Counted from the stretch's first letter, positions 22,401 to 34,951 are shown. The stretch is 64,000 bases of DNA from an uncultured Alphaproteobacteria bacterium (GCA_964369315.1 CAYJEJ010000002.1:2747-66746), one strand, 5' to 3'. Made by a program: numbers and translations. Notes: generated by a model from the sequence alone, not told the origin.

Positions 22401-22772
22401 ATGCCTACTATAAATCAGTTAATACGCAAACCTAGAAGTGATGTTGCGAAGAGAAATAAGGTTCCCGCTTTGGAAGCTTGTCCGCAAAAGCGTGGTGTGT
22501 GTACTCGTGTTACAACCACTACACCTAAAAAACCAAACTCGGCGTTGCGTAAAATAGCGCGTATTCGTCTGACGAACGGTTTTGAGGTTACAGGTTATAT
22601 TCCAGGTGAGGGGCACAACCTTCAAGAACACTCGGTCGTTTTGATTCGAGGTGGTCGTGTTAAGGACTTGCCAGGTGTGAGGTATCACATTGTTCGTGGT
22701 GCGTTGGATACTCAGGGTGTGAAGGATCGTCGTCAAGGGCGTTCTAAGTATGGTGTGAAAAGACCAAAGTAA
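22401..22772 (+). CDS. rpsL: 30S ribosomal protein S12
   Basis: '[12 protein letters not shown]...' is the canonical S12 N-terminus. The track ORF extends upstream to 22359, but the conserved start is the ATG at 22401. Confidence 0.96.
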   Translation: MPTINQLIRKPRSDVAKRNKVPALEACPQKRGVCTRVTTTTPKKPNSALRKIARIRLTNGFEVTGYIPGEGHNLQEHSVVLIRGGRVKDLPGVRYHIVRGALDTQGVKDRRQGRSKYGVKRPK

Positions 22773-22790
22773 TATTAAGGGGTTTTATTG

Positions 22791-23261
22791 ATGTCTCGGC
22801 GTCGTGCTGCAAATAAAAGAGAAGTGTTGGCTGATACACGGTTTGGAAGTGTTGTTGTAACTAAGTTTATAAACTCTTTGATGTTTGATGGAAAGCGTTC
22901 CGTTGCGGAGGGGGTTTTGTATTCTGCGTTGGATGAGGCTGAGAAAAAAGCAAAAAAACCGGCGATGGAACTGTTTGTCGAAGCTGTGGATAATGTGAAG
23001 CCAAGTTTAGAGGTTAAGTCTAGGCGTGTTGGCGGTGCTACTTATCAGGTTCCTATGGAAGTTAGGGCGACTAGGTCTCAGGCTTTGGCTATAAGATGGA
23101 TTATTAATAGTGCTAGGTCACGCTCTGAAAAGACCATGCAAGATAAATTGTGCGGAGAGTTGTTGGATGCTTGTGGCGGCAGGGGGAATGCCGTGAAAAA
23201 ACGTGATGACATGCATCGTATGGCTGAGGCAAATAGAGCGTTTGCTCATTATAGGTGGTAG
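22791..23261 (+). CDS. rpsG: 30S ribosomal protein S7
   Basis: '[13 protein letters not shown]...' ending 'AHYRW'. Position follows str operon order. Confidence 0.96.
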   Translation: MSRRRAANKREVLADTRFGSVVVTKFINSLMFDGKRSVAEGVLYSALDEAEKKAKKPAMELFVEAVDNVKPSLEVKSRRVGGATYQVPMEVRATRSQALAIRWIINSARSRSEKTMQDKLCGELLDACGGRGNAVKKRDDMHRMAEANRAFAHYRW

Positions 23262-23267
23262 TGTTTT

Positions 23268-25352
23268 ATGGCAGCTAATAAGTACGCATTAGACAGGTAT
23301 CGTAATATTGGCATCATGGCTCACATTGATGCTGGTAAAACTACTACAACTGAAAGAGTTCTTTTTTACACTGGTCGCTCTCACAAGGTTGGTGAGGTTC
23401 ATGAGGGTGCGGCAACTATGGACTGGATGGAGCAGGAGCAGGAGAGGGGGATAACCATCACCTCTGCGGCAACGACTTGCTTCTGGAAGGATCACAGAAT
23501 TAATATTATTGATACACCGGGGCACGTTGATTTTACTGTTGAGGTTGAGCGTTCTTTAAGGGTGTTGGATGGTGCTGTTGCTGTTTTTGATGGTGTTGCT
23601 GGTGTTGAGCCGCAGTCTGAAACAGTTTGGCGACAGGCTGATAAGTATTCAGTTCCTCGTATTTGTTTTGTTAACAAGATGGATCGTATAGGGGCTAATT
23701 TTTCTCGTTGTGTTGATATGATAAAAGATAGGCTTGGTGCTGTTCCTGTTGTGATGCAGTTGCCTATTGGTGCGGAAAGTGACTTTGTAGGGGTTGTTGA
23801 TTTGATTTCTATGAAGGCTGTTCGTTGGCTTGGTGATGAACCAGGTGCTGAATTTGTTTATGAGGAAATCCCTTCTGCTATGTTGGAGGATTCTAAGCGT
23901 TGTCGTTCTGAATTAATTGAATTGGTTATAGAGCAGGATGATGAGTTATTAGAAGCTTATTTGGGCGGTAAAGTTCCTACAGAAGAGCAGATTGTCTCTT
24001 GTGTCAGAAAGGGTGTGATTGCAGGTGCTTTTGTTCCTGTTTTGTGTGGAAGTGCCTTTAAAAATAAGGGCGTTCAACTTTTGTTGGATGCGGTTATAGC
24101 TTATTTACCTTCTCCTCTTGATATTGGGGATGTTAAAGGGGTTGAAATGCATTCGGATAGTGAATTATTGAGATCACCTTTGGATAGTCAGCCATTGTCA
24201 GCTCTTGCTTTTAAAATAATGAATGACCCGTTTGTTGGCACCTTGACATTTGTTCGAGTTTATTCTGGTGTGTTGGTTTCTGGTGAAAGCGTTTTAAACT
24301 CTACAAAAGATAATAAAGAGAGAGTTGGTAGATTGCTTTTAATGCATGCAAATAATCGTGAGGATATAAAAGAGGCTCATGCCGGTGATATCGTCGCTAT
24401 ATGTGCATTGAAGAACACTACAACGGGCGATACTCTTTGTGACCAATCTAAGCCGATTGTTCTTGAAAAGATGGAGTTTCCTGACCCTGTTATTGAGGTT
24501 GCGGTGGAGCCAAAAACAAAGGCTGACCAAGAGAAAATGTCTGGTGCTTTGAATAGGTTGGCTGCGGAAGACCCTTCTTTTAGGGTAAGCATTAACCATG
24601 AGACTGGTCAAACTATCATTAAGGGTATGGGCGAATTACACTTAGAGATTATCGTTGACCGTATGTGTCGTGAATTTAAGGTGGATGCTAATGTTGGTGC
24701 CCCTCAAGTAACATATAGGGAAACTATTTCAAAAGAAGTTGAAATTGATTACACTCACAAAAAACAAAGTGGTGGTGCTGGTCAGTTTGCAAGGGTGAAG
24801 ATTAAATTTGAACCATTGACTTATGACCAAGGTCTATTATTTGAGAGTAAAATCGTTGGTGGTGCGGTGCCTAAGGAGTATATCCCAGGTGTTGACAAGG
24901 GTTTGAAGATAGCTTCCGATAGTGGGTTTTTGATTGGTTTTCCAGTTGTTGGGGTAAAGTGTAGCCTTATAGATGGTGCTTATCATGACGTTGACTCAAG
25001 TGTTTTGGCGTTTGAGATTGCTGCAAGAGCTGCGTTCAGAGAGGCGATGGGGAAGGCAGGGGCTCGCTTGTTGGAACCTATTATGAGCGTTGAAGTTGTC
25101 ACTCCAGAAGAGTATATGGGCGACATTATTGGCGACCTTAACAGTCGTCGCGGTCAAGTTAATGGCATGGATCAGAGAGGGAATGCTCGTGTTTTGAATG
25201 CTGTTGTTCCGCTTGCGGAAATGTTTGGTTATGTGAATAATTTGAGGTCAATGAGTCAAGGGAGGGCGCAATATACAATGCAGTTTGCGCACTATGATTT
25301 GGTTCCTCAACACGTCGCAGAACAGGTTATTACGAGTCAAAAGGGAAGTTGA
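23268..25352 (+). CDS. fusA: elongation factor G
   Basis: G1 '[12 protein letters not shown]' and 'DTPGHVDF'. 694 aa. Confidence 0.97.
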   Translation: MAANKYALDRYRNIGIMAHIDAGKTTTTERVLFYTGRSHKVGEVHEGAATMDWMEQEQERGITITSAATTCFWKDHRINIIDTPGHVDFTVEVERSLRVLDGAVAVFDGVAGVEPQSETVWRQADKYSVPRICFVNKMDRIGANFSRCVDMIKDRLGAVPVVMQLPIGAESDFVGVVDLISMKAVRWLGDEPGAEFVYEEIPSAMLEDSKRCRSELIELVIEQDDELLEAYLGGKVPTEEQIVSCVRKGVIAGAFVPVLCGSAFKNKGVQLLLDAVIAYLPSPLDIGDVKGVEMHSDSELLRSPLDSQPLSALAFKIMNDPFVGTLTFVRVYSGVLVSGESVLNSTKDNKERVGRLLLMHANNREDIKEAHAGDIVAICALKNTTTGDTLCDQSKPIVLEKMEFPDPVIEVAVEPKTKADQEKMSGALNRLAAEDPSFRVSINHETGQTIIKGMGELHLEIIVDRMCREFKVDANVGAPQVTYRETISKEVEIDYTHKKQSGGAGQFARVKIKFEPLTYDQGLLFESKIVGGAVPKEYIPGVDKGLKIASDSGFLIGFPVVGVKCSLIDGAYHDVDSSVLAFEIAARAAFREAMGKAGARLLEPIMSVEVVTPEEYMGDIIGDLNSRRGQVNGMDQRGNARVLNAVVPLAEMFGYVNNLRSMSQGRAQYTMQFAHYDLVPQHVAEQVITSQKGS

Positions 25353-25383
25353 TTTATCTATTTAGCTAAAGGGAGATTTGATT

Positions 25384-26574
25384 ATGGCAAAAGCTAAGTT
25401 TGAGCGGAATAAACCGCATTGTAATATAGGTACTATTGGTCACGTTGACCATGGTAAGACCACTTTAACAGCTGCGATTACTAAGGTTCTTTCTGAGACG
25501 GGAGGGGCAAGTTTTACAGCTTATGACCAAATCGATCGTGCTCCTGAAGAAAAAGCACGCGGAATTACGATTTCTACTTCTCACGTTGAATATGAAACTG
25601 AGAAGCGTCATTATGCTCACGTTGATTGCCCAGGGCATGCTGACTATGTTAAAAACATGATTACAGGTGCTGCTCAGATGGATGGTGCTATATTGGTTGT
25701 TTCTGCAACTGATGGTGTTATGCCTCAAACCAGAGAGCATATTTTACTTGCAAGACAGGTTGGTGTGCCTGCCCTTGTTGTGTTTATAAACAAGGTTGAT
25801 ATGGTGGACGACCCAGAATTGTTGGAATTGGTTGAGCTAGAGGTCAGAGAACTTTTGTCCAGCTATGAGTTTCCAGGTGATGACATTCCTGTTATTAAAG
25901 GGAGTGCTTTGTGTGCGCTTGAGGGGAAGAGTGATGATTTGGGTAAAGCTCGTATCGGTGAGTTGATGGATGCGGTTGATAACTACATACCTCAACCAGA
26001 GCGTCCAAAAGATAAGGCTTTCTTGATGCCAATAGAAGATGTTTTCTCGATTTCTGGTCGTGGAACCGTTGTTACAGGTCGTGTTGAGCAGGGTGTCGTT
26101 AAGGTTGGTGAAGAGCTTGAAATCGTTGGATTAAAAGACACAACTAAAACGGTTTGTACTGGTGTTGAAATGTTCAGGCGTTTGTTGGATCAAGGTGAAG
26201 CTGGTGATAATATTGGTTGTTTGCTTCGTGGTACTAAGCGTGAAGAGGTTGAAAGAGGGCAAGTTTTGGCTGCTCCTGGTTCTATTACTCCACATACGAA
26301 ATTTAAGTGTGAAGCTTACATTTTAAACAAAGATGAGGGTGGTCGCCATACGCCATTTTTTGATGGATATCGTCCACAGTTTTATTTCCGTACCACAGAC
26401 GTTACAGGTTCGGTCAAGTTACCTGAGGGTGTAGAAATGGTGATGCCAGGTGATAATATAGCTGCTGAAGTTGAGCTAATTTCACCAATCGCTATGGACG
26501 AAGGGTTGCGTTTCGCTATCCGTGAAGGTGGGCGAACTGTTGGTGCTGGTGTGGTATCCAAAATAATAAAATAG
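25384..26574 (+). CDS. tuf: elongation factor Tu
   Basis: '[30 protein letters not shown]' and 'DCPGHADY'. 396 aa from the ATG at 25384. Confidence 0.97.
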   Translation: MAKAKFERNKPHCNIGTIGHVDHGKTTLTAAITKVLSETGGASFTAYDQIDRAPEEKARGITISTSHVEYETEKRHYAHVDCPGHADYVKNMITGAAQMDGAILVVSATDGVMPQTREHILLARQVGVPALVVFINKVDMVDDPELLELVELEVRELLSSYEFPGDDIPVIKGSALCALEGKSDDLGKARIGELMDAVDNYIPQPERPKDKAFLMPIEDVFSISGRGTVVTGRVEQGVVKVGEELEIVGLKDTTKTVCTGVEMFRRLLDQGEAGDNIGCLLRGTKREEVERGQVLAAPGSITPHTKFKCEAYILNKDEGGRHTPFFDGYRPQFYFRTTDVTGSVKLPEGVEMVMPGDNIAAEVELISPIAMDEGLRFAIREGGRTVGAGVVSKIIK

Positions 26575-26582
26575 GGATATAA

Positions 26583-26897
26583 ATGAACACTCAGCGTATT
26601 CGCATTTGTCTCAAAGCTTATGATAACAGGATATTAGATTATTCTGCTATGGAAATTGTTTCTACGGCGAAAAGGACGGGTGCCCTTATAAAGGGTCCCA
26701 TTCCTTTCCCGAATAGAATCGAGAGGTTTACTGTTTTACGTTCGCCTCATATAGATAAAAAATCTAGAGAGCAATTTGAAATAAGAACTCATAAGCGTTT
26801 GATTGATATTCTTGATTGTCCTCCTCAAACTGTCGAGGCACTTATGAAGTTAGAGTTGGCAGCGGGTGTTGATGTAGAAGTGAAGGTAATGAACTAA
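26583..26897 (+). CDS. rpsJ: 30S ribosomal protein S10
   Basis: '[11 protein letters not shown]' and 'GPIPFPN'. First gene of the S10 operon. Confidence 0.95.
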   Translation: MNTQRIRICLKAYDNRILDYSAMEIVSTAKRTGALIKGPIPFPNRIERFTVLRSPHIDKKSREQFEIRTHKRLIDILDCPPQTVEALMKLELAAGVDVEVKVMN

Positions 26898-26901
26898 AGC
26901 T

Positions 26902-27534
26902 ATGCAAGTGGGTTTGATTGTCAAAAAAATAGGTATGAGTCAAGTTTTATCTGAAAATGGCACGAGTTTTCCTGTCACATTGCTAAAATTTGAAAAAAAT
27001 GTCGTTATAGCTCATAAAGACAGTCAAAAACATGGCTATGACGCGTTAGTGGTTGGTGCTTTTCCCTTGAAGGATGACTCTAAATTAACAAAACCTATGA
27101 AAAATGCTTTTGCTAAAATGGGTTCTGAAAATTTTTCAATTATTAAAGAGTTTAGGGTTGATGGGGAGAAGGTTTCAGTTGGCTCTGTTTTGGATATTGA
27201 CTCTTTTAAGGCTGGTGACTTTATTGATATTTCAGGTGTTTCTGTCGGTAAGGGGTTTGCTGGAGCTATGAAAAGGCACAATTTCGGTGGTTTGCGTGCT
27301 TCGCATGGTGTTTCTATAACTCACAGATGTCTTGGCGGTACTGGTCAAAATCAAGACCCTGGTAAAGTGTTTAAAGGTAAAAAAATGGCTGGACATATGG
27401 GGGCAAAACAAGTCACTGTTCTCAATGTTCCTGTTTTTAGTGTTGACTCTTCTTTGGGGATAGTGGTTGTTCGGGGTAGTGTTCCTGGGTCGAGTAGTAA
27501 TTTTGTTTTTTTGCGTAAAGCAATTAAAAAGTAG
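26902..27534 (+). CDS. rplC: 50S ribosomal protein L3
   Basis: 'GLIVKKIGMSQV' and 'KGKKMAGHMG'. Position follows S10 operon order. Confidence 0.95.
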   Translation: MQVGLIVKKIGMSQVLSENGTSFPVTLLKFEKNVVIAHKDSQKHGYDALVVGAFPLKDDSKLTKPMKNAFAKMGSENFSIIKEFRVDGEKVSVGSVLDIDSFKAGDFIDISGVSVGKGFAGAMKRHNFGGLRASHGVSITHRCLGGTGQNQDPGKVFKGKKMAGHMGAKQVTVLNVPVFSVDSSLGIVVVRGSVPGSSSNFVFLRKAIKK

Positions 27535-27561
27535 AATATATTAGTTGGAAGTTTTTAATTT

Positions 27562-28197
27562 ATGCAGCTTAAAGTTCTTGATTTAGATGGAAAGGATGCG
27601 GGGATTGTTGAGTTAAATCCCGAGATATTCTCTATTGAACCTAGGTTGGACGTTATTTCTGATGTTATTAGGTGGCAACTTGCCATGCGTCGTACTGGTA
27701 ACCATCAAGTGAAGAATCGTTCTGCGGTTCGGGGTACTACTAAAAAAGCCTTTAAGCAAAAGGGGACAGGTCGTGCTCGTCGTGGTGCTTGGACCACCAA
27801 TATATGTCGTGGTGGTGGCGTTGCTTTTGGTCCTGTGGTGAGAGACCACTCCTTTAAGTTGAATAAAAAAGTAAGGTTGTTGGCATTAAAGAGCTTTTTG
27901 TCTTTGAAATTTAGGGAAAATAACATTGTTGTCTTGAATAATTTAGATAAAGCATCTTCTAAGACTAAAGACTCAATCTCTTTATTTTCAAAATTGGGCT
28001 TCGAGTCAGCTTTGTTTGTTTCAAACACCGCCAATGAAGGTAGTGGTTTTTTGAAATCTATTATGAATCTTAAAAATTTTGACCTTGTGTCTGTTGGTGG
28101 TTTTAACATTTACGACGCTTTTTCTAAAAATAAATTGGTGTTTACGCTAGATTCTATAGAGTATTTACAGAACGTCCGTTTTGGAGGGGCAGAATAG
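27562..28197 (+). CDS. rplD: 50S ribosomal protein L4
   Basis: 'KQKGTGRARRG' motif. Position follows S10 operon order. Confidence 0.95.
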   Translation: MQLKVLDLDGKDAGIVELNPEIFSIEPRLDVISDVIRWQLAMRRTGNHQVKNRSAVRGTTKKAFKQKGTGRARRGAWTTNICRGGGVAFGPVVRDHSFKLNKKVRLLALKSFLSLKFRENNIVVLNNLDKASSKTKDSISLFSKLGFESALFVSNTANEGSGFLKSIMNLKNFDLVSVGGFNIYDAFSKNKLVFTLDSIEYLQNVRFGGAE

Positions 28198-28198
28198 T

Positions 28199-28480
28199 AT
28201 GGATTATTGTGATTGCTTAATAAGACCGGTTATCACAGAGAAAACTATGTTGGGCACCTCTAATGGCTCTTATACCTTTATAGTTAACGTTGATGCTAAT
28301 AAAAATGATATTAAGCAAGCTGTTGAAACGATTTTTAATGTAAAAGTTGGCTCGGTTAGGGTATTAAATCGTGAAGGGAAGTCTAAAACTTTTAAAGGTA
28401 AGGTTGGGAAGCGGTCAAATACTAGAAGAGCTATGGTTAAGCTTGAGAGTGGTACAATTAATTTTGATGGTGGTTTTTAA
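28199..28480 (+). CDS. rplW: 50S ribosomal protein L23
   Basis: 'IRPVITEKT' and '[15 protein letters not shown]'. SD GGAGGGG precedes the ATG at 28199. The track ORF starts earlier, at a TTG at 28181. Confidence 0.93.
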   Translation: MDYCDCLIRPVITEKTMLGTSNGSYTFIVNVDANKNDIKQAVETIFNVKVGSVRVLNREGKSKTFKGKVGKRSNTRRAMVKLESGTINFDGGF

Positions 28481-28482
28481 TT

Positions 28483-29310
28483 ATGGCTTTAAAATTATTG
28501 AAACCTATTACATCTGCATCTAGAGGAACGGTTTTAGTTGATAAGAGTTGCTTGTGGTCAGGTGGTCCTGTTAAAGCCTTAACCAGCGGAAAAAAAAGTT
28601 CTGGCGGACGAAATAAACATGGGCACATTACTAGTTGGCATAGAGGTGGTGGGCATAAGAGACTTTATCGCTTTATAGACTTCTGTAGGGATAAGGTTGG
28701 TGTGTCAGCGGTTGTTGAACGAATAGAATACGACCCTAATAGAACAGCTTTTATAGCTTTGATAAAATATACTGATGGCGAGCTTTCATATATAATAGCA
28801 CCACAGAAATTAAACGCTGGGGATGTTGTCGAATCTGGGGAGAACGTGGATATAAAAATTGGTAATTGTTTGCCTATTTCTAGTATTCCAGTTGGAACAT
28901 TGGTTCATAATGTTGAATTGAAAATTGGCAAAGGCGGTCAAATTGCTAGGTCTGCTGGTAATTATGCTCAGATAGTTGGTCGAGATGCCGATAGGGTGAT
29001 ATTGCGTTTGTCTTCTGGTGAAATGAGGTTGGTGCTTGGTGCCTGTAAGGCAACGATTGGTGTGGTCTCAAATCCGGATCAAAAGAATATTAATTTAGGT
29101 AAGGCTGGTAGAAGTCGTTGGTTGGGTATTAGACCGAATGTTCGAGGCGTCGCTATGAACCCAGTTGACCACCCTCATGGTGGAGGTGAAGGAAAGACTA
29201 AAGGGGGAAGGCATCCTGTTACTCCTTGGGGTATTTCCACAAAGGGTTATAAAACAAGGCGAAAAGCCAAGCCTTCTGATCGTTTTATATTGTCACGTAG
29301 AAAGAAATAG
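28483..29310 (+). CDS. rplB: 50S ribosomal protein L2
   Basis: '[18 protein letters not shown]' motif. 275 aa. Confidence 0.96.
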   Translation: MALKLLKPITSASRGTVLVDKSCLWSGGPVKALTSGKKSSGGRNKHGHITSWHRGGGHKRLYRFIDFCRDKVGVSAVVERIEYDPNRTAFIALIKYTDGELSYIIAPQKLNAGDVVESGENVDIKIGNCLPISSIPVGTLVHNVELKIGKGGQIARSAGNYAQIVGRDADRVILRLSSGEMRLVLGACKATIGVVSNPDQKNINLGKAGRSRWLGIRPNVRGVAMNPVDHPHGGGEGKTKGGRHPVTPWGISTKGYKTRRKAKPSDRFILSRRKK

Positions 29311-29320
29311 GGTATAACTA

Positions 29321-29599
29321 GTGTCTCGTTCTGTTTGGAAAGGACCTTTTGTTGATGGTTATTTAATAAAGAAGGCTCAAGCTGTTGCTGAGTCTGGTCG
29401 TAAGGATGTTGTCAAGACTTGGTCGAGGCGTTCTACAATTATTCCTGACTTTGTCGGGGTTAATTTTGCGGTGCATAATGGGAAAAAGTTTATTCCAGTT
29501 TATGTCACTGAGGATATGGTGGGGCATAAGTTTGGAGAGTTTTCTCCAACCCGAACGTATTATGGTCATACTGCTGATAAAAAAGCAAAAAGGGGATAG
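29321..29599 (+). CDS. rpsS: 30S ribosomal protein S19
   Basis: '[11 protein letters not shown]' and '[23 protein letters not shown]'. GTG start. Confidence 0.95.
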   Translation: MSRSVWKGPFVDGYLIKKAQAVAESGRKDVVKTWSRRSTIIPDFVGVNFAVHNGKKFIPVYVTEDMVGHKFGEFSPTRTYYGHTADKKAKRG

Positions 29600-29602
29600 T
29601 TA

Positions 29603-29974
29603 ATGTCAAAAAGGTTGCGTTTAGTGCGAAAATCGGTTGATGTTACTGCAAGTAGCAGATTTGTTAAGAGTTCGCCTAGGAAGTTGAATTTGGTATCTTC
29701 TATGATTAGGGGCGAATCGGTGTCTAAGGCACTAAATGTTTTGAGTTTTTGTGAAAAAAGTGTCGCCTTAGATGTGCACAAAGTTTTGCGTTCTGCCATT
29801 GCTAATGCAGAGAATAATTATGGTTTGGATGTGGACTCTTTGTTTGTTGCAGAGGCATATGTCGGTAAATCTGGCACTTTGCGTAGGTGGAAAGCAGGTT
29901 CATTTGGTAGGGCAAGACCTATACTTAAGAGGTCTAGTAAACTTACCGTAGTAGTATGTGAATTGGAGCGTTAG
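29603..29974 (+). CDS. rplV: 50S ribosomal protein L22
   Basis: '[14 protein letters not shown]' motif. Position follows operon order. Confidence 0.94.
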   Translation: MSKRLRLVRKSVDVTASSRFVKSSPRKLNLVSSMIRGESVSKALNVLSFCEKSVALDVHKVLRSAIANAENNYGLDVDSLFVAEAYVGKSGTLRRWKAGSFGRARPILKRSSKLTVVVCELER

Positions 29975-29976
29975 TT

Positions 29977-30639
29977 ATGGGTCAAAAGATAGATCCTCGT
30001 TCTTTACGTCTTGGTATTATAAAAAATTGGGATTCCAGTTGGTTTTCTAAGAGAGATTATGCCAAGTTATTGCATGAAGATTATAGTATTAGAAAATTTT
30101 TAAATAAAAAATTATCTCAGGCTTCTATATCTCGCATAGTTATTGAGCGTATGGCGAAAAGAGTTGTTGTTTCTATACATACGGCTCGTCCTGGCGTTGT
30201 TATAGGTAAAAAAGGTTCTGATATAGACAAGCTTAAGAAAGAGCTTTCTGATTTAACTAAAAATGACGTAATTTTGAATATAGTTGAAATAAGGAAGCCT
30301 GAAATAGAGGCGGAATTAGTCGCTGAAAACATTGCCTCTCAAATTGAGAGAAGAGTTGGTTTTCGTCGAGCTATTAAACGTGCTATGCAAGGAGCTTTGA
30401 GGCTCGGGGCTCAGGGGATTAGGGTTAATTGCTCTGGAAGGCTTGGTGGAAATGAAATTGCTCGTATGGAGTGGTATCGTGATGGTCGTGTGCCTTTGCA
30501 TACTTTACGTGCAGACATAGATTATGGCTTTAGGAATGCCTTTACAACCTATGGTTGTATAGGGATTAAGGTTTGGATATATAAAGGTGAAAAGTACGAC
30601 ATCCCTGCTGTCTTTTTACCGAAAAGAGTAAAATCTTAG
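29977..30639 (+). CDS. rpsC: 30S ribosomal protein S3
   Basis: '[14 protein letters not shown]' and KH-domain '[11 protein letters not shown]'. Confidence 0.96.
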   Translation: MGQKIDPRSLRLGIIKNWDSSWFSKRDYAKLLHEDYSIRKFLNKKLSQASISRIVIERMAKRVVVSIHTARPGVVIGKKGSDIDKLKKELSDLTKNDVILNIVEIRKPEIEAELVAENIASQIERRVGFRRAIKRAMQGALRLGAQGIRVNCSGRLGGNEIARMEWYRDGRVPLHTLRADIDYGFRNAFTTYGCIGIKVWIYKGEKYDIPAVFLPKRVKS

Positions 30640-30660
30640 TATAAAGGATTTGGTGTTTTT

Positions 30661-31071
30661 ATGTTTTCTCCAAAGAGGACAAAGTTTCGTAAACAGTTTA
30701 AAGGACGTATTCATGGCGTCGCTTGTCGCGGTTATGAGTTGAGTTTTGGTTCTTTTGGTCTAAAAGCTATGGAGCCAGTTAGATTGACCGCTGCTCAAAT
30801 AGAATCTGCTAGACGTGCTATTACACGTCATATGAAAAGGGTTGGTAAAGTTTGGATTCGTGTTTTTCCAGATGTGCCCGTTTCAAAGCGTCCCGCTGAA
30901 GTTAGAATGGGTAGTGGAAAGGGGTCGCCAGAATTTTGGGCTTGTAGAATATATCCAGGCACGATTATGTTTGAAATTGATGGTGTTGATGAAAAAATTG
31001 CTCGAGAAGCGATGACTTTAGCTGCGGCCAAATTGCCGATTAGTACAAAATTTATTGAAAGAGTTTTATAG
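30661..31071 (+). CDS. rplP: 50S ribosomal protein L16
   Basis: '[16 protein letters not shown]' and '[10 protein letters not shown]'. Confidence 0.96.
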   Translation: MFSPKRTKFRKQFKGRIHGVACRGYELSFGSFGLKAMEPVRLTAAQIESARRAITRHMKRVGKVWIRVFPDVPVSKRPAEVRMGSGKGSPEFWACRIYPGTIMFEIDGVDEKIAREAMTLAAAKLPISTKFIERVL

Positions 31072-31077
31072 TTATTT

Positions 31078-31266
31078 ATGGCTAAGAAAAAAATTGATGA
31101 CTCCAAGCAGATGATGAACATATCTGATGCTAAGAAAGAGATGATGAAAATGCGTTTTCGGCGGTCTTTGGGGGAGAGTGTTTTGTTGCACCGTTTTAAG
31201 GAGTTGAAAAAATCTGTCGCTGTCTCTTTGACGGTGCGTGAAAATGTGAGAGGTGGAGATGCCTAA
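31078..31266 (+). CDS. rpmC: 50S ribosomal protein L29
   Basis: 62 aa, lying between rplP and rpsQ. Helical and basic sequence. Confidence 0.88.
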   Translation: MAKKKIDDSKQMMNISDAKKEMMKMRFRRSLGESVLLHRFKELKKSVAVSLTVRENVRGGDA

Positions 31267-31504
31267 GAGAGTTCTTTCTGGGATTGTTACTAGTAGCGTT
31301 TGCGATAAAACTGTTACTGTAAATGTAGTTAGGAGGGTTAAGCATCCTAAGTATTTAAAGTATGTCCGTGTTTCTAAAAAATATTTGGCACATGATGAAA
31401 ATAATTCTTGTGTTGTTGGAGCAGTTGTTGATATATGTGAGACTAAGCCGATATCGAAACGGAAGAGTTGGGTCGTTGTTCAGGATGGTGTATTAGCGAA
31501 ATGA
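31259..31504 (+). CDS. rpsQ: 30S ribosomal protein S17
   Basis: '[21 protein letters not shown]' and 'KYLAHDENN'. The ATG at 31259 overlaps the rpmC end. Confidence 0.93.
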   Translation: MPKRVLSGIVTSSVCDKTVTVNVVRRVKHPKYLKYVRVSKKYLAHDENNSCVVGAVVDICETKPISKRKSWVVVQDGVLAK

Positions 31505-31869
31505 TACAGATGCAGTCAAGACTTGGTGTTGCGGATAATTCCGGTGCTAAGGAAATAATGTGTGTGAAGGTTCTCGGTGGAACACATAGGCGTGTTGCTG
31601 GAGTGGGTGATATTATCATTGCTTCAGTGAAGGACGCAATTCCTAGGGGCAAGGTGAAAAAGGGTGACGTTGTTAGAGCGGTCATCGTGAGGACAACATC
31701 TCCAATAAGGAGAAAAGATGGTTCAATGATTAGGTTTGATAGCAATGCTGCAGTCGTTCTGAATAAACAGGATGAACCCGTGGGCACTCGTATATTTGGT
31801 CCGGTTACTAGAGAGTTACGTGTGGCAAAAATGATGAAGATAGTCTCTTTGGCTCCGGAGGTGCTATAG
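31501..31869 (+). CDS. rplN: 50S ribosomal protein L14
   Basis: '[27 protein letters not shown]' is the canonical L14 start. ATGA overlap with rpsQ. Confidence 0.96.
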   Translation: MIQMQSRLGVADNSGAKEIMCVKVLGGTHRRVAGVGDIIIASVKDAIPRGKVKKGDVVRAVIVRTTSPIRRKDGSMIRFDSNAAVVLNKQDEPVGTRIFGPVTRELRVAKMMKIVSLAPEVL

Positions 31870-31874
31870 TATAT

Positions 31875-32189
31875 ATGTGTGCTAAATGCTTAAAGAAAGG
31901 TGATACGGTTGTTGTCATCACTGGGAAAGACAAGGGGAAAAAAGGCGAGATAGAGAGGGTTTTGCCTCTTGTAGGAAAGGCTCTTGTTAAGGGGGTTAAT
32001 GTTGTTATAAAACATGTAAAGCCATCACAAAATGATGTTGGTGGAATATCTAAGAAAGAGTTGCCAATTGATTTGTCAAATTTAATGTTTTTTGATGAAG
32101 AATTTAATGGACCTACAAGAATAGGTTTTAAAATGGTTGATAATAAAAAAGTTAGATTTTCGAAAAAATCTGGCAAGGTTTTAAGTTAA
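31875..32189 (+). CDS. rplX: 50S ribosomal protein L24
   Basis: KOW motif '[20 protein letters not shown]'. Confidence 0.94.
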   Translation: MCAKCLKKGDTVVVITGKDKGKKGEIERVLPLVGKALVKGVNVVIKHVKPSQNDVGGISKKELPIDLSNLMFFDEEFNGPTRIGFKMVDNKKVRFSKKSGKVLS

Positions 32190-32212
32190 TTTTTAAAGGA
32201 TTTTTTGCTTCA

Positions 32213-32752
32213 ATGAGTAGGCTTTATCGGGAATATGTAGAAACGATTGTTGCTAAACTGCAGGAAGAGTTTGGTTATAAAAATAGGTTTGAGGTTCCTC
32301 GTTTGCAGAAGATTGTCCTCAATATGGGGGTTGGAGAGGCTATTGTTGACAGTAAAAATGTTAAACACGCAGCTGAAGAGCTTGGTTGGATATCTGGTCA
32401 AAAGGCAGTTGTAACAGAAGCACGTAAATCTGTCGCTGGTTTCAAGTTGAGAGCTGGTAATAAAATTGGTGCCAAGGTGACTTTGCGTGGTTCTCGAATG
32501 TATGAGTTTTTGGACAGACTAATAAATATTGCCTTACCTAGAGTGAGGGACTTTAGAGGGATGTCTACTAAATCTTGTGATGGGCGAGGTAATTATTCTT
32601 TTGGTATAAAAGAGCAGATTATTTTTCCTGAAGTTGCGACCAGAAACGTTGATGTGATTAGAGGTTTGGATGTTACGTTTGTAACGACAGCCAATCGTGA
32701 TGAAGAGTGCATCTTTTTGTTGAAAATGTTTAATTTTCCTTTTGGGGGTTGA
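32213..32752 (+). CDS. rplE: 50S ribosomal protein L5
   Basis: '[15 protein letters not shown]' and '[18 protein letters not shown]'. Confidence 0.95.
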   Translation: MSRLYREYVETIVAKLQEEFGYKNRFEVPRLQKIVLNMGVGEAIVDSKNVKHAAEELGWISGQKAVVTEARKSVAGFKLRAGNKIGAKVTLRGSRMYEFLDRLINIALPRVRDFRGMSTKSCDGRGNYSFGIKEQIIFPEVATRNVDVIRGLDVTFVTTANRDEECIFLLKMFNFPFGG

Positions 32753-32764
32753 GGCTAAAGTTTT

Positions 32765-33070
32765 ATGGCAAAGAAAAGTTCTATTGAAAAAGGATTGCTC
32801 GTAAGAAAGGTGGTTGCTCGCGAATCTAATAAGAGGGTTGCCCTTAAGCAGGTTATTTATAATAAAGAAATTGACCCTGTTACGCGTTTTGCAGCTCAAC
32901 TTAAATTGGCGACTCTTCCTAGAAACGGGTCTTCAACTAGGATTAGAAATAGATGTGAAGTTACGGGTCGTGCGAGAGGTTATTATAGGAAATTTAAAAT
33001 TTCTAGGATTATGTTAAGAGAGATGTCCGCTCAGGGTCTGTTGCCTGGTGTACGTAAAGCAAGTTGGTAA
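32765..33070 (+). CDS. rpsN: 30S ribosomal protein S14 (long form)
   Basis: 'NRCEVTGRARGYYRKFKISRIMLRE' with a C-terminal 'KASW'. 101 aa. Confidence 0.95.
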   Translation: MAKKSSIEKGLLVRKVVARESNKRVALKQVIYNKEIDPVTRFAAQLKLATLPRNGSSTRIRNRCEVTGRARGYYRKFKISRIMLREMSAQGLLPGVRKASW

Positions 33071-33081
33071 GGTGATTAATT

Positions 33082-33477
33082 ATGTGTATGACTGACCCTA
33101 TTTCTGATATGTTTGCAAGAATGAGAAACGCTGGAATGCGTTTTTACAGAAACGTTTCTATTCCGCACTCTAGAGTGAAAGCAGGTGTATTGGATGTGCT
33201 TTTACGTGAAGGTTATATAGAAGGGTATGAAAAAGAGGTGAATGGAAAGTTTTTATCCATTTCCGTAGCACTAAAATATTATAACGGTAAACATGTTATA
33301 AAATCGATTTCTAGGGAATCTAAACCAGGTCGTAGAGTGTATTCTGGTGTAAAAAGTTTGCCTCAAGTGAATAATGGGTTGGGTATTTCTATCGTATCTA
33401 CTTCCTCAGGGATTTTTTCAGATGCAGAAGCACGTGAAAAAAAACTTGGTGGTGAAGTAATTTGTAAAGTATTTTAA
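33082..33477 (+). CDS. rpsH: 30S ribosomal protein S8
   Basis: 'MTDPISDMFARMRNA' and 'GGEVICKVF'. Confidence 0.95.
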   Translation: MCMTDPISDMFARMRNAGMRFYRNVSIPHSRVKAGVLDVLLREGYIEGYEKEVNGKFLSISVALKYYNGKHVIKSISRESKPGRRVYSGVKSLPQVNNGLGISIVSTSSGIFSDAEAREKKLGGEVICKVF

Positions 33478-33486
33478 GGTTTTTTT

Positions 33487-34017
33487 ATGTCACGGGTTGG
33501 TAAACATTCAATAGCAATTCCTTCTGGTGTTCAAGCTTCTCTTGATGCGGGGCGTTTTGTTGCTAAATCTTCAAATGGGGGATTTGATTTTTTAATTCCT
33601 GATGGGGTGCAGGTGGTGATAGATGGTAACAGTGTTGTTGTCTCTATGTCACAAGGAACGAAGAAAAGCGATTGCTGGGGAACAACACGGGCAATAATAA
33701 ATAATGGAATCACAGGTTTAGTTACCCCTTTTAAACGAAGGATTGAGCTTGTCGGTGTTGGATATAGGGCGTCTGTTCAAGGTAAGGATTTGGTTTTACA
33801 ACTGGGTTATAGTCATGATATAACTTTTCCAATTCCTGATGGGGTTTCAGTTGTTTGTGAAAAGCCGACAACAATAGTGATTAGTTCTTCTGATAAGGCT
33901 ATGGTTGGTCAAGTCGTTAGAAAAATTCAGAGTTTCCGTAAACCAGAGCCATATAAAGGAAAAGGCGTTATAATGGAAGGTCAGTATGTTTTACGCAAAG
34001 AAGGGAAGAAGAAGTAA
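33487..34017 (+). CDS. rplF: 50S ribosomal protein L6
   Basis: '[15 protein letters not shown]' and 'PEPYKGKGV'. Confidence 0.95.
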   Translation: MSRVGKHSIAIPSGVQASLDAGRFVAKSSNGGFDFLIPDGVQVVIDGNSVVVSMSQGTKKSDCWGTTRAIINNGITGLVTPFKRRIELVGVGYRASVQGKDLVLQLGYSHDITFPIPDGVSVVCEKPTTIVISSSDKAMVGQVVRKIQSFRKPEPYKGKGVIMEGQYVLRKEGKKK

Positions 34018-34019
34018 AA

Positions 34020-34382
34020 ATGTCTAGATTTAGTGATAAATTTAAGCGTAGAGAAAAGCGTACGCGTTATAACGTGAAAAAATTGGCTTATGGGCGTAAG
34101 CGTTTATCAGTTTTTAGGTCTGAAAGACATATCTATGCACAGTTGATAGATGATGAATTGGGTGTTACGCTGTGCACTGCTTCTACGTTAGAAAAGGATT
34201 TTTCTGGACGTGCTGAAAAGACTAGTGGCATTTCAGCGGCTTCTGTTGTTGGGGAGCTGATTGCTAAGAAAGTTTTAAATTTAGGTATTAAAGAAGTGGT
34301 TTTTGACCGAGGTGGGTATGCTTATCATGGCAGGGTTAAAGCCTTGGCAGATAATGCTCGCAATAATGGTTTGTTATTTTAA
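34020..34382 (+). CDS. rplR: 50S ribosomal protein L18
   Basis: '[18 protein letters not shown]' and '[19 protein letters not shown]'. Confidence 0.95.
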   Translation: MSRFSDKFKRREKRTRYNVKKLAYGRKRLSVFRSERHIYAQLIDDELGVTLCTASTLEKDFSGRAEKTSGISAASVVGELIAKKVLNLGIKEVVFDRGGYAYHGRVKALADNARNNGLLF

Positions 34383-34396
34383 AGGGGTTTTTTTGT

Positions 34397-34951
34397 ATGG
34401 CACGACAGGTTAATGAAGCAAGTTCTAGAGATGATGCCTTAATAGAAAAACTCGTTGCAATTAATCGTGTGGCTAAGGTTGTGAAGGGAGGTAAGAGGTT
34501 TTCTTTTGCTGCTTTGGTTGTTGTTGGGGACGGTAAAGGTCGAGTAGGTTTCGGTACAGGAAAGGCTCGTGAAGTGCCGGATGCTGTTAAAAAAGCTTCT
34601 GACCAAGCGAAGAGAAATATGTTGCATATTCCATTGCGTGAATCTAGAACGCTTCATCATGACGTACGTTCTTCTTATGGTGCAGGTCTGGTTGTTATGC
34701 GTTCAGCTCCTGCGGGAACGGGGATTATTGCAGGTGGTGCAATGAGAGCTGTATTTGAAGCTTTGGGCATTCAGGATGTGGTCAGTAAATGTATTGGTAC
34801 TGCCAATCCTCATAATATGGTGAGGGCGACCTTCCAAGCTTTGAGCGATGTGTCATCTCCTCGTTATATAGCTGCGAAAAGAGGTAAAAGGGTTGGCGAT
34901 TTGACCTCGAGAAGAGGGCACGTTGTACATGGAGGTGTAGTAAGTGCTTAA
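34397..34951 (+). CDS. rpsE: 30S ribosomal protein S5
   Basis: '[32 protein letters not shown]' and '[10 protein letters not shown]'. Confidence 0.95.
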   Translation: MARQVNEASSRDDALIEKLVAINRVAKVVKGGKRFSFAALVVVGDGKGRVGFGTGKAREVPDAVKKASDQAKRNMLHIPLRESRTLHHDVRSSYGAGLVVMRSAPAGTGIIAGGAMRAVFEALGIQDVVSKCIGTANPHNMVRATFQALSDVSSPRYIAAKRGKRVGDLTSRRGHVVHGGVVSA